Below, piece by piece: positions 49,005 through 60,319 of a stretch of 64,000 bases of DNA. The stretch spans positions 10,480,001 through 10,544,000 of the forward strand of contig NC_086109.1 in the NCBI RefSeq assembly GCF_963921235.1. Reading direction: 5' to 3'. The position numbers and the translations under genes are program-made. Source of the DNA: Mobula hypostoma. Lineage: Eukaryota. Each line of letters starts with the position of its first letter. Position 1 is the first letter of the stretch. The notes under the pieces were generated by a model. It searched no databases. It saw only the letters and a program-made list of their open reading frames with translations, and was not told the origin of the DNA.

Positions 49005-49490
49005 AGAGGATGTGCCCTGGGTCCAGCACCTATGTGCCATTACGAAGAAAGCAGAGCAGGCCTCTACTTTCTTAGATGATTGCAAAGGTTCAGCATGTCA
49101 TCTAAAACTTTGACAAACTTCGATAGATGTGTAATGAAGTGTATATTGACTAGTTGCATCACAGCCTGCATGGAAACACTAGTGTCCTTGAAGGGAAAAG
49201 CCTACAAAATGTAGTGGATACAGCACAATCCATCACAGGTAACCTACTCCCTACCATTGAGCACATCTATACAGAGTGCTGTTGCAAGAAAGCAGCATTC
49301 ATCAAGGACCCCCATTTCCAGGCCATGCATTGTAAGAGAACTACTTTTCCAAAGGATGACATTTCAAATGCTGTCTTCTCACTGCTGCCATCAGGAAGAA
49401 GGTACAGGAGCTTCAGAACCCACACCATCATCAGGGACAGTCTTGAACCAGAGGGGATAACTTTGATAATAAATTTACTTTGAACTTTGA
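49005..49490 (+). mobile_element. Rex1/Babar-type LINE 3' fragment
   Basis: KSLQNVVDTAQSITG..LPTIEHIY..CC.KKA..IKDP.. FSLLPSGRRYRS; tail aataaatttactttgaactttga. Confidence 0.75.
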
Positions 49491-49909
49491 AAGGACGAAT
49501 CTGATGTGGTTGTGTTGTACCCAGTGAGGACCTTCTCTTGTAAAGAGTGATCATGGTGATAAGGAATTACTGAAGTTTATTTTCTGAGGTTTGGTATGAA
49601 AGGAAGAAAATGGGTAAGGCACCAAAATTAACATAGCGGGAAAATATAGGATACCTTGTTTTATAATCAGTGTAAAATACAGAATGTATAACTTCAGATG
49701 GAATTTAATTTATTGTAGTCTTCTGGGGTATCCCTTTTGAACTGGTGTACATTGTTTTCCATGTCTTAAACTTTCTGTGATATGTAAATAATATCACAAT
49801 CTCATAAAGGTGCAGATATATGTTCCCGGTAACTGTACTGTCTCCCAGTATAATTGGTGGGGGTTTGTGATTTTAAAATTTAATCCTGGATACTTATTTC
49901 TTTTAGCAG

Positions 49910-50062
49910 GGGATGATGAGAGTGAAGATGAAAAAGGTCACAAAGATGGTCGTCAGAAAAGGCAAGCTGCATCCAAAGCTGCAAGCAAACAGAGAGAAAT
50001 CCTTTTGGATGATGGAGGAAGTGAAGAAGAGCATGAAGATGATGAAGAGGCTGCTCAAGAAA
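49910..50062 (+). CDS. NUCKS1: NUCKS1 exon 6 (153 bp): [51 protein letters not shown]
   Basis: ttttagcag acceptor, A|gtaagt donor; hallmark [13 protein letters not shown] motif; the gene continues beyond the window. Confidence 0.95.
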
Positions 50063-50893
50063 GTAAGTGATATAACTTGTGTCCCCTGAAAAGATTTTGA
50101 GAATGTGGTAAGATTTTTGTGGTCTTGTTTGCAGCACAAGAGTGAAAGATTGCAGAGGAAGAAATTTGAATTAAAATCAAAGTGAGGGAATACATTGGTG
50201 GTCAGTTATTAATTTATGGAAAAAGTGAACATGTCAAGTTGCTGATGATGTACCACTGCTTCTGGAGGTTCAGCTGTATGATTATAAATTGGCAGTTTTC
50301 TTATTCAGGGTGCACACTGTGTATCAAACCAGAAAAGTCATGCATTCACTGAATGAACTGTACTTGACAATTAAGTGGCAACAATTCTTTAATAGCTATT
50401 AGGTGGTGGTCTGCCTGAGCCTTGCTGTGTTTCCTACTGTCATTGGCTTTCTAGTTCCTTTCATGGGTGAGGTATTAGATAAATACTTTGTGTCAGTATT
50501 CACGGAGAGAATGAGGAGCATGGTGAGATTCTTTCTTTCTTTTCTTTTTAAATCTTTTTATTGAATAAGTATACCAAAAGGTAAGCCATATAAACATTAA
50601 TACAATGTTAAAATATAATAAAATTACAGAAGGTATCAATACCAAAAAAAATACTACAAACAATGTAACTTAAACATAAGAAACCAAGATAACATAATAG
50701 TATACTAAATTTTATATATATATCAATAGAAAAAAAGAAAAAAAAACCCCCCCAAAAAAAACCCACCGTGCAACTAACTAAAAGTAAAGCAAAGCAATGG
50801 GCTAACTTGAAACCAAACAGAGTTAAACTTAAAATCACGTCCTCAATCCCGACCTCCATTAAAAACAGTGAAAAAAAACAAGAAGGGTATATA

Positions 50894-53800
50894 TTACATT
50901 AAGTGAAAATATCGAATAAAAGATCCCCAAATCTGTTCAAATTTAAATGAAGAATCATAAAGGTTACTTCTAATTTTCTCCAGATTCAAACGTAATATCG
51001 TCTGGGAGAACCAAAAAAAGGTAGTTGGAGCATTAAGCTCTTTCCAATGTTGTAAAATACATCTTTTCGCCATTAAAGTAAGAAATGCAATCATTCTACG
51101 GGCTGAAGGGGAAAGATTACTAGAAATTTTAGGTAGTCCAAAGATAGCAGTAATAGGGTGAGGAGAGATATCTATCTTTAATACCTTAGAAATAATATTA
51201 AAAATGTCTCTCCAAAAAGTTTCCAAAGTAGGGCAAGACCAAAACATATGAGTTAAAGAGGCTATCTGCCCCGAACATCTATCACAAAAAGGATTAATAT
51301 GCAAGTAAAAACGCGCTAACTTATCTTTGGACATATGTGCTCTATGAACAACTTTAAATTGAATTAGGGAATGTTTAGCGCAAATAGAGGAAGTATTAAC
51401 TAATTGTAAAATCTGCCCCTAATCATCCACAGAAATGGTAAGCCCCAATTCCTGTTCCCAATCTACCCTAATCTTATCAAATGGAGCTTTCCTAAGTTTC
51501 ATAATAATATTATAAATCATAGCCGATGCACCTTTCTGACATGGATTAAGGTTAATTATCGAATCTAAAATATATGTAGGAGGAAGCATTGGAAAGGAAG
51601 AAAGTATAGTACTTAGGAAATTTCTAACTTGCAAATATCTAAAAAAATGTATTCTTGATAAATTATATTTATTAGATAGTTGTTCAAAAGACATAAGGGA
51701 ACCATCTAAAAATAAATCCAAAAACCGTAAAATACCCTTAGTCTTCCAAGTTTGAAAAGCGCGATCCGTAAAAGAGGGAGGAAAAAATATGTTACCTAAA
51801 ATAGGAATCGCTAACCCGAATTGATTAAGATCAAAAAATTTTCTGAATTGAAACCAAATACGCAAAGCATATTTAACTATCGGGTTAGACACCTGCTTAA
51901 GGCGTTTCGAATCAAAAGGGAGAGAGGAACCTAAAATAGAGGCAAGTGTATAGCCCTGAACAGATTGTAGTTCCAATGCTACCCATTTAGGAATAGATAG
52001 TATATCCTGGTCAAGTAACCAAAATTTCATATGTCGAATATTAATTGGCCAATAATAGAATCTAAAGTTAGGTAATGCTAAACCTCCATCTCTCTTAGCT
52101 TTCTGTAAATGTATTTTACCCAGTCTCGGATTTTTATTCTGCCAAATAAATGAAGAAATTTTAGAGTCAACTTTATCAAAGAAAGATTTTGGAACAAAAA
52201 TTGGTAATGCCTGAAACACATATAAAAACTTTGGCAAAAAAAACATCTTAACTGCATTAATACGACCAATCAAAGTTAAATATAAAGGAAACCATTTAGA
52301 TGAAAGTTGAGTAATATGGTCTATTAATGGTAGAGTTAATCTTAAATAAATCTTTATATTTACAAGTAATTTTAATCCCAAGATAAGAAAAATAGTTATC
52401 AATCAATTTAAATGGAAATTTATAATATAAGGGAAGATGTTTATTAATCGGAAAGAGTTCACTCTTACTAAGATTTAATTTATAACCTGAAAAAAAACCA
52501 AATTGTGCTAATAACTCTAAAACAGCAGGAATGGATTTCTCAGGATTAGAAATATATAAAAGTAAATCATCAGCATAGAGTGATAACTTATGGGACTTTA
52601 ATCCCCGAGTTATCCCAGTAATATTTGATGATTCTCGAATGGCAATTGCAAGAGGTTCTAATGCAATATCAAATAATAGGGGACTAAGAGGATAGCCTTG
52701 TCGAGTACCTCGAAAAAGAGGAAAAAAAGGTGAGTTTAAAGAGTTAGTACGGACCGAGGCTACAGGGGAATGATATAACAGTTTAATCCAGGATATAAAT
52801 TTCAAGCTAAAGTTAAACATTTCAAGCACCTTAAATAAATAAGGCCATTCTACTCTATCAAAAGCTTTCTCGGCGTCTAAAGAAATAACACACTCAGGAA
52901 CATTTTGTGAGGGAGTATAAACGATATTTAACAATGTACGAATATTATAAAAAGAGTAACGACCTTTAATAAAACCCGTTTGGTCTTCCGAAATAATAGA
53001 AGGAAGTACTTTTTCTAGTCTATTTGCTAATAACTTAGAAAAAACTTTAGAATCAACATTTAATAGAGATATTGGTCTATAAGATGCACATTGAGCAGGG
53101 TCTTTATCCTTCTTTAATATTAAAGAAATTGACGCTCTATTAAAAGATTCAGGAAGTTTACCAAGTTTCAGAGAAGCCTCAAAAACCCTACAGAGCCAAG
53201 GGATCAATAAAGAAGCAAAACATTTATAAAATTCAACGGTAAACCCATCCGGGCCAGGAGCTTTCCCCAAATTCATAGAAAGAATAACATTCTTAATCTC
53301 ATCCATAGTAATGGAAGTATCTAATATAGAAGACATATCCTGTGAAATCTGAGGGAAGTCTAAATTATCTAAAAAATCATTCATATGTTTAGAATCTCGA
53401 GGAGACTCTGATTGATATAAAGAAGAATAAAAATCACAAAAGGTTTGATTAATCCCCACATGATCCAGTATCAATCGATCATTTTGGTTATAAATCTGAT
53501 TGATTTGAGATTTAACATAATTAGATTTCAATTGATTAGCCAGCAGCTTGCCAATTTTGTCACTGTGAACATAAAATTCACTTCTTATTTTCTTTAATTG
53601 GTTTACAATCGAGGACGAGATAAAGTTCAGTTCTTTGTTTGTATAACTCCTCAGAAGGAGCCATAACATATTTCTTATCAATTTCTTTAATCTTGTCCAC
53701 AATTACCATCTCTTCCTGCTTCTGCTTCTTTCTCAAAGCAGCAGAATACGAGATAATCTGACCACGAATATAGGCTTTAAAAGTGTCCCAAAGAGTGTTA

Positions 53801-54648
53801 ACCGAAATATCCTCTGTATGGTTAATTGTAAAAAAAAGCTCAATCTGTTCATTCATAAAGTTAACAAAGTCCGAGTCCTGAAGCAACAGCGAATTAAAAC
53901 GCCATTGTCTATTATTTTGTATATTGGCCATAATTTTAATAGAAAGCTTAAGTGGAGCATGATCCGAAATGGTTATAGAATCATAATCACATTTAATCAC
54001 TGAAGAAATAAGACGAGAATCAATAAAAAAATAATCAATTCTTGAATAGGAATGATGAACATGTGAAAAGAAAGAAAAATCTTTTTCCTGAGGATGCAGA
54101 AAACGCCAGATGTCCGTCGACCCAGAATCAGAAAGGAAAGAGTTAATCAAAGTTGCAGATTTATTAGGTAAAGTCCGTAAAGGAGCCGAACGGTCCAAAG
54201 CTGGAGACAAACAGGTATTAAGATCTCCGCCCCAGATCAATGAAAACTCGTTCAAATTCGGAAACTGATTAAATAATGATTTATAAAATTCCGGACAGTC
54301 CATATTAGGAGCATAAACATTAACCAAAACTACTTTTTTATTAAATAGTAAACCACTAACCAATAAAAATCTACCATTCGGATCAGAAAAAATATCCTGT
54401 TGTATAAAAGTAACTGAGGAATCTATAAAAATAGAGACGCCTCGAATCTTAGCATTGGAGTTCGAATGAAATTGTTGCTCCTTCCAGAATTTAAAAAAAC
54501 GTAGTCTGTCCCCCCTCCGTACATGGGTCTCTTGTAAAAATAAAATTTGTGCTTTAAGTCTCCGGAACACTTTAAAAACTTTTTTTCTTTTAATAGGATG
54601 ATTAAGACCGTTAGTATTCCAGGAGACAAAATTAATAATAGACTCCAT
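50894..54648 (-). pseudogene. L1 ORF2 (APE endonuclease, RT, Cys-rich C-terminus), disrupted
   Basis: SWNTNGLN, LQETH, GGDLN, SRIDYF, SDHAP; GKAPGPDG, SLDAEKAFDRV, GTRQGYPLSP, LYADD; CDRC..HMFWSC. Frameshifts near 53620 and 52340 and an in-frame TAG at 51419-51421. Confidence 0.92.
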
Positions 54649-55333
54649 AAATCCTAAAGTCAACCCACAGCGAGGAGGATTGACGATAGGCTCGACCCAC
54701 GAACCTGGAGAGGAAACAGAACGTACAAGATACCGGGAAAAAGGACGCAACCAGTACTTCAATAATGTATATAGCCCAAAGAGAAAAAAACTAAAACGTG
54801 AAGCCCCTCCCACCACCCCCCACCCCAAGACCCCAAGGCAAAATCTAAAGCAGACCCGCCCGAAAGAAGCAAGCGCTAAAACTACCCACATGACTTCCGG
54901 TATACGCTCCCTAAAAAAGAGGTATAAATATGAAAAAGATCAGCTAATTGTAAAACAGTAAAAAAGTAGAAAAAAAGGTAACTCAATTAAAATACACACA
55001 CAACAGAACAAAAGCCAGAAAATATATATTTAAAAAAAAACCTCAATAAACCCCAAACCCATGAATAAACAAAACAACAACAAGAAAAAATAAGATTATT
55101 ACCATAAACTAGTTATAAAAAGCAAGGCCACACAGGAAATACGTAAAATGACAATAAGGAAGTAACCACCCAGAATCCCCTGGGAAAAGAAAGAAATGAC
55201 GCAGTTAAAAAGAAAGTTTAGCAACCATATTAAGAAATCAAAAATAAACTTTTCTGCCCAAATAGGGCACGAAAAAGTTAAAACCAACCAATTCACAGCC
55301 TCCGATCAACGGAGATAGTTAAAAAAATAACAA

Positions 55334-56233
55334 TTAAGATGTTGAAGGTGAAAATTGATCCAGATAACTCTGGGCATCCGATGGAGAATCAAAAAAACGA
55401 AGGACTCCATCTGACATGCGAATCCTTAGACGTGCAGGGTACAGCAGCGCTGGTCTTAAATCCATCTTATAGAATTCCGACATCACAGATCTGTAGCGAA
55501 CCCGTTGGTCCCAGATTGGTTTACTGAAATCTTCCACGAATCGGAACTTAAGATCCGAAAAATCAATGAAACCTTTAGATCGAGCGAATCGAAACAGTCT
55601 CTCCTTGTCTTGAAAGTAATGAAAACGTAAGATAACATGTCTAGGTCTATCTGACCTAGACGAGTATGATGGGACTCTGTGAACACGATCCAGTAGCGGT
55701 GGTTGGTCAGGAAATACAGTAGGGAATGCATCTTTTAAAAGTTGAGAAAAATACTTCATGGGGTTGTTAGATTCAACAGCTTCACGCACCCCAATCATTC
55801 GTAAATTCTGCCGTCGCATTCTAGATTCTAAGTCAGAGTTTTTAAAAGTCAGAAAGTCAAGTTTCTTCTTCATTACATTAATTGTTTCTTCGATTTTCCC
55901 CATCTTAAGCTCACTTTGTTGGGCGAATTTTTGAAGATCAGTTATAGCCGACTGATGTTCCGCAATACATGTTTGCATCTTATCAATTGAATCGGCAATT
56001 TTCTGGAGATTAATTGAGATTTCCGTATGAATCAGGTCCTTAACAGAGACAGCGATTTCCGTACGAATCATCTCCGTAACAGAGGTTGAAATTTCCCTCT
56101 GAATTAACTCCGATATAGCTTTCAAAGTCACCGGTGATTCAGTCGGAGGAAAATCCATACCTTTCGGTTTAACCGGAGGTTTACCATCCTTGCCGTTTTT
56201 CCCGTTCTTAGACATAGCAGATCTAAGACGCAT
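55334..56233 (-). CDS. L1 ORF1p (coiled coil, RRM, CTD), intact 299 aa
   Basis: DLESRMRRQNLRMIGVRE, LDRVHR, PRHVILRFH, LYPARLRI motifs. Confidence 0.92.
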   Translation of the reverse strand: MRLRSAMSKNGKNGKDGKPPVKPKGMDFPPTESPVTLKAISELIQREISTSVTEMIRTEIAVSVKDLIHTEISINLQKIADSIDKMQTCIAEHQSAITDLQKFAQQSELKMGKIEETINVMKKKLDFLTFKNSDLESRMRRQNLRMIGVREAVESNNPMKYFSQLLKDAFPTVFPDQPPLLDRVHRVPSYSSRSDRPRHVILRFHYFQDKERLFRFARSKGFIDFSDLKFRFVEDFSKPIWDQRVRYRSVMSEFYKMDLRPALLYPARLRIRMSDGVLRFFDSPSDAQSYLDQFSPSTS

Positions 56234-56567
56234 CCAGTTATCGGAGAGTTCAATTTAATTCAAAGTATTGTAAGAGTTGATACCTTAATGGTTAATTAAA
56301 GTATAGCTGATCATAGAGAAAAAAAACTCAGAGGTAATGGAGCGAGTCAAGAACGCGACTTCACTCCATGAGCGCTACCGGAAGTCCCCGGTGAGATTGG
56401 TGAGGAGTGTGATGTTCAGGGCCAAGTTGGTATCTAAGAGGAGGTGGTGCTCCTAAAGAGCATCATGGTGGAGGATAGATCAGTGATGAATATGGTAGTG
56501 TTCTTGTCCGTCTTCTGGTCTAACAGGGGATGGGTCTCGGAGACAATTAAGGTGAATGTCCCCAGGC

Positions 56568-56795
56568 ACATGGGCCAAGTGGTTAAGGCGTTCATCTAGT
56601 GATCTGAAGGTTGCTAGTTCGAGCCTCAGCTGTGGCAGCATGTTTGTGTTCTTGAGCAAGGCACTTAACCACACATTGCTCTAGTGTCTGTGCAAGGAGT
56701 GCTGCCCCACACAGATTTCCAATCTGCACCTTGTAAGGCATGGAAATGCCCGACGCAGGCCTCTCGTAGTCTGAGTCGACGTTCCCTCCCCAAGA
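56568..56795 (+). mobile_element. tRNA-derived SINE inserted in a CR1 remnant
   Basis: tgggccaagtggttaaggcg A-box, agttcgagcc B-box, body cttgagcaaggcacttaacc. Confidence 0.7.
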
Positions 56796-56999
56796 CCCGA
56801 TGGGATCTGTCACAGGTTATCTGGAAGAGTAAGGGAAGAGATTACTGGAACCTAGACAGAGATCTTTGTATCCCCTTGACATAGGACTGGAGAACAGCCA
56901 ATATAGTTTTTTTTGTTTAAAAGGGGGCAGTAGAAATAAATTGGAAAATTGTAGACTTGGTGAGGCTGGAGGTTGGGGAAATATGTTGACTCTGACTCA

Positions 57000-58740
57000 C
57001 ATGAGAAACTTGAGGAGATGATAGGTAGGAGGTACAGGAAGGTAGTCACCCCTAAGTTGCAGGAGGCAGGAAATGGGCTGCCAGTGCAGAGTACCCCTGT
57101 GCCATACCTTTAATAGTAAGTGTACCATTTTATATACTTCTGAAGGGGATAAGCAACTGGAGGGGAGGGGGAGCTACGCTGACCGGTTCTTGGTGCTGTG
57201 GCTTGTGGGGGGGGGGCGGGGTGTGAAGAAGAGGATTACAGTAGTGTTTGGAGATTATATTGTTAGAGGAATAGACAGGAATTCTGTGGACACCATAGAG
57301 ACTCCCAGGTGCCAAGGTCAGGGATGTCTGGGATTAAGTCCATGACAGCCAGAAGCCTTAGTACATATTGGCACCAATGACATAGGAAAACTGAGGATGT
57401 CCTGAAGAATTTAAGGAGCTGGGTAGAAAACTGAGAAGTAAGACCTCCAGGGTAGCAGTCTTTGGATTGCTGCCTGTACCACACGCCAGTGACGGTAAGA
57501 ATAAGATGGTTTGGCAGATTAATTTGTGGATGAGAAACTGGTGTGTGGGCAGGGTTTTAGATTTTTGGGATCTCTGGGGAAGGTATGACCTGCACAAAAG
57601 GGATAGATTATACCTGAACCCGAGAGCGACCAATACGCAGGCAGTTTTGCTAGAGCTGTTGGGGAAGGTTTAAACTTAATTTGGCAGAGAGATGGGAACT
57701 AGAGTGATAGGGCTGTTGGTTTACAAGCAGAGACTGTGTAGTGAGACTCAGGAAAGACAAGCAGATGATAGGGCAAAATTGCAGTCAGTGAAATGAGTTG
57801 CAACGTAGAGGGGGGACAAAATCGAAAAGGGTTTTGGATACAGGATTGAATGTTTTGTATTTGACTGCACACCATGTGAGGAATAAAGTTGACTCTCTTG
57901 TAGCACAGTTAGAGATTGCTGGTACAATGTTGTGGACATCACTGAGTCATAGTTGAAAGAAGATTATAGTTGGGACCTTAACATTGAAACGAGAGGCAGG
58001 TTGGCAGAGGGCTCTGTTAGTAAGAAATGAAATCAAATCCTTAGAAAGAGGTGACCTAGGGTCAGAAGATGTAGAATCCTTGTGGGTAGAGTTATGAAAC
58101 TGCAAAGGGTAAAAAGACCCTGATGGGAGTTGCTTTATATACAGGCCTCCGAACAGTAGCCAGGATCTGGGCTACAAATTACAACATAAATTCATGGGAA
58201 GTTAGAGGATTGGGAAGCTTTTAAAAACCAAAAGAAGGCAGTTAAAAATACCATAAAGGGGGAAGAGATGAAATATGAAGGTAAGCTAGCCAACAATGCC
58301 AAAAGAAGATACTAAGTTTTTTTCAGATATATTAAGGGTAAAAGAGAGGCGAGAGTGGATATTGGATCACTGGAAAATGACACTGGAGAGACAGTAATGG
58401 GGGACAAGGGAAGGCTGATGATCTACACAAGTATTTTGCATCAGTCTTCACTATGGAAGACACTGGTAGTATGCGGAAAGCTTGAGAGTGTTGGGCCAGA
58501 AGTGAGTGCAGTTGCCATTACTAGGGAGAAGGTGCTTGGGAAGCTAAAAGGTTTGAAGGTAGATGAAGTCACCTGGACCAGATGGACTACACCCTAGTGT
58601 TCTGAAAGAGGTAGCTGAAGAGACTATGGAGGCATTAGTAATGATCTTTCAAGAATCACTAGATTCTGGATGGTTCTGGAGGACTGGAAAATTGCAAATG
58701 TCACTCCAATCTTCAAGAAGGGAGGAAGGCAGAAGAAAGG
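57000..58740 (+). mobile_element. Decayed CR1 with ORF1 esterase-like, EN and RT-proximal pieces
   Basis: VVFGDYIVRGIDR, VHIGTNDIG, DVESLWVEL, KSPGPDGLHPSVLKEVAEE. Confidence 0.8.
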
Positions 58741-58760
58741 ACCCCCCAGCATCCAGATGA

Positions 58761-60318
58761 TTAATGTATATGACAAATAGTACAGAACACTGAGGCATAC
58801 CTAGCCACCTGCCTCCAATCTGACAAACAGTTATCCACCACTACTCTCTGGCATCTCCCATCCAGCCACTGCTGAATCCATTTTACTACTTCAATATTAA
58901 TACCTAATAATTCAACCTTCCTAACTAACCTTCCGTGTGGAACCTTGTCAAAGGCCTTACTGAAGTCCATATAGACAACATCCACCGCTTTACCCTCGTC
59001 AACTTTCCTAGTAACCGCTTCAAAAAATACAATAAGATTTGTCAAACATGACCATCCACGCACAAATCCATGTTGACTGTTCCTAATCAGACCCTGTCTA
59101 TCCAGGTAATTATATATACCATCTCTAAGAATACTTTCCATCAACTTACCCACCACTGACGTCAAATTCACAGGCCGATAATTGCTAGGTTTACTCTTAG
59201 AACCCTTTTTAAACAATGGAACAACATGAGCAATACGCCAATCTTCCTGCACCATCCCCGTTTCTAATGACATTTGAAATATTTCTGTCAGAGCCCCTGC
59301 TATTTCCACGCTAACTTCCCTCAAGATCCTAGGGAGTATCCTGACGGGACCCAGAGACTTGTACTTTTATGTTCCTTAAAAGCACCAGTACTTGCTCTTC
59401 TGTAATCATCATAATTTCTATAACTTCCTTATCTGTTTCCCTTACCTTACACAATTCAATATCCTTCTCCTTAGTGAATACCAAAGAAAAGAAATTGTTT
59501 AAAATCTCCCCCATCTCTTTTGGCTGCACACATAGCTGTCCACTCTGATTCTCTAAGGGACCAATTTTATCCCTCACTATCCTTTTGCTATTAATATAAC
59601 TGTAGAAACCCTTTGGATTTATTTTCACCTTACTTGCCAAAGCAACCTCGTATCTTCTTTTAGCTTTTCTAATTTAGCTTTTCTTAAGATTCTTTTTACA
59701 TTCTTTATATTCCTCGAGCACCTCATTTACTCCATGCTGCCTATATTTATTGTAGATATCTCTCTCTTTCCGAACCAATTTTCCAATATCCCTTGAAAAC
59801 CATGGCTCTCTCAAACTTTTAACCTTTCCTTTCAACTTAACAGGCACATAATGATTCTGTGCCCTCAAAATTTCACCTTTAAAGGACCTCCATTTCTCTA
59901 TTACATCCTTCCCATAAACAAATTGTCCCAATCTACTCCTCCTAAGTCCTTTCGCGTCTCCTTAAAGTTGGCCTTTCTCCAATCAAAAATCTCAACCCTG
60001 AGTCCAGACCTATCCTTCATAATTATATTGAAACTAATGGTATTGTGATCACTGGACCGAAGTGTTCCCCAACACAAACCTCCGTCACCTGACCTATCTC
60101 GTTCCCTAACAGGAGATCCAACACTGCCCCTTCTCTAGTTGGTACCTCTATGTATTGCTGCAAAAAACTATCCTGCACACATTTTACAAACTCCAAACCA
60201 TCCAGCCGTTTTACAGTATGGGCTTCCCAGTCCGTGTGGAAAATTAAAATCTCCCACAATCACAACCTTGTGCTTACTACAAATACCTGCTATCTCCTTA
60301 CAAATTTGCTCCTCCAAA
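58761..60318 (-). mobile_element. Younger CR1 ORF2 fragment (EN end to RT)
   Basis: PTREGAVLDLLLGNE, NYRPVNLTSVVGKLMES, QHGFVRG, VYMDFSKAFDKVPH. Confidence 0.9.
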
Positions 60319-60319
60319 T

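Larger units (their letters stand above)
50531..56389 (-). mobile_element. Full-length L1-clade LINE (~5.86 kb)
   Basis: 9-bp TSD ggtgagatt (50522-50530 / 56390-56398); 5' end GGGGACTTCCGG; ORF1 and ORF2; AATAAA followed by an A/GAAA tail. Confidence 0.95.

Noticed and set aside
22606..50062. Calling the second gene RAD51AP1 because of the DDKLY..DL..A.ALS motif
   Set aside because: [42 protein letters not shown] and the position next to RAB29 all indicate NUCKS1
56568..56645. tRNA gene
   Set aside because: A/B boxes are present, but there is no convincing acceptor stem and it runs into a SINE body; the same applies at 44763 and 11241
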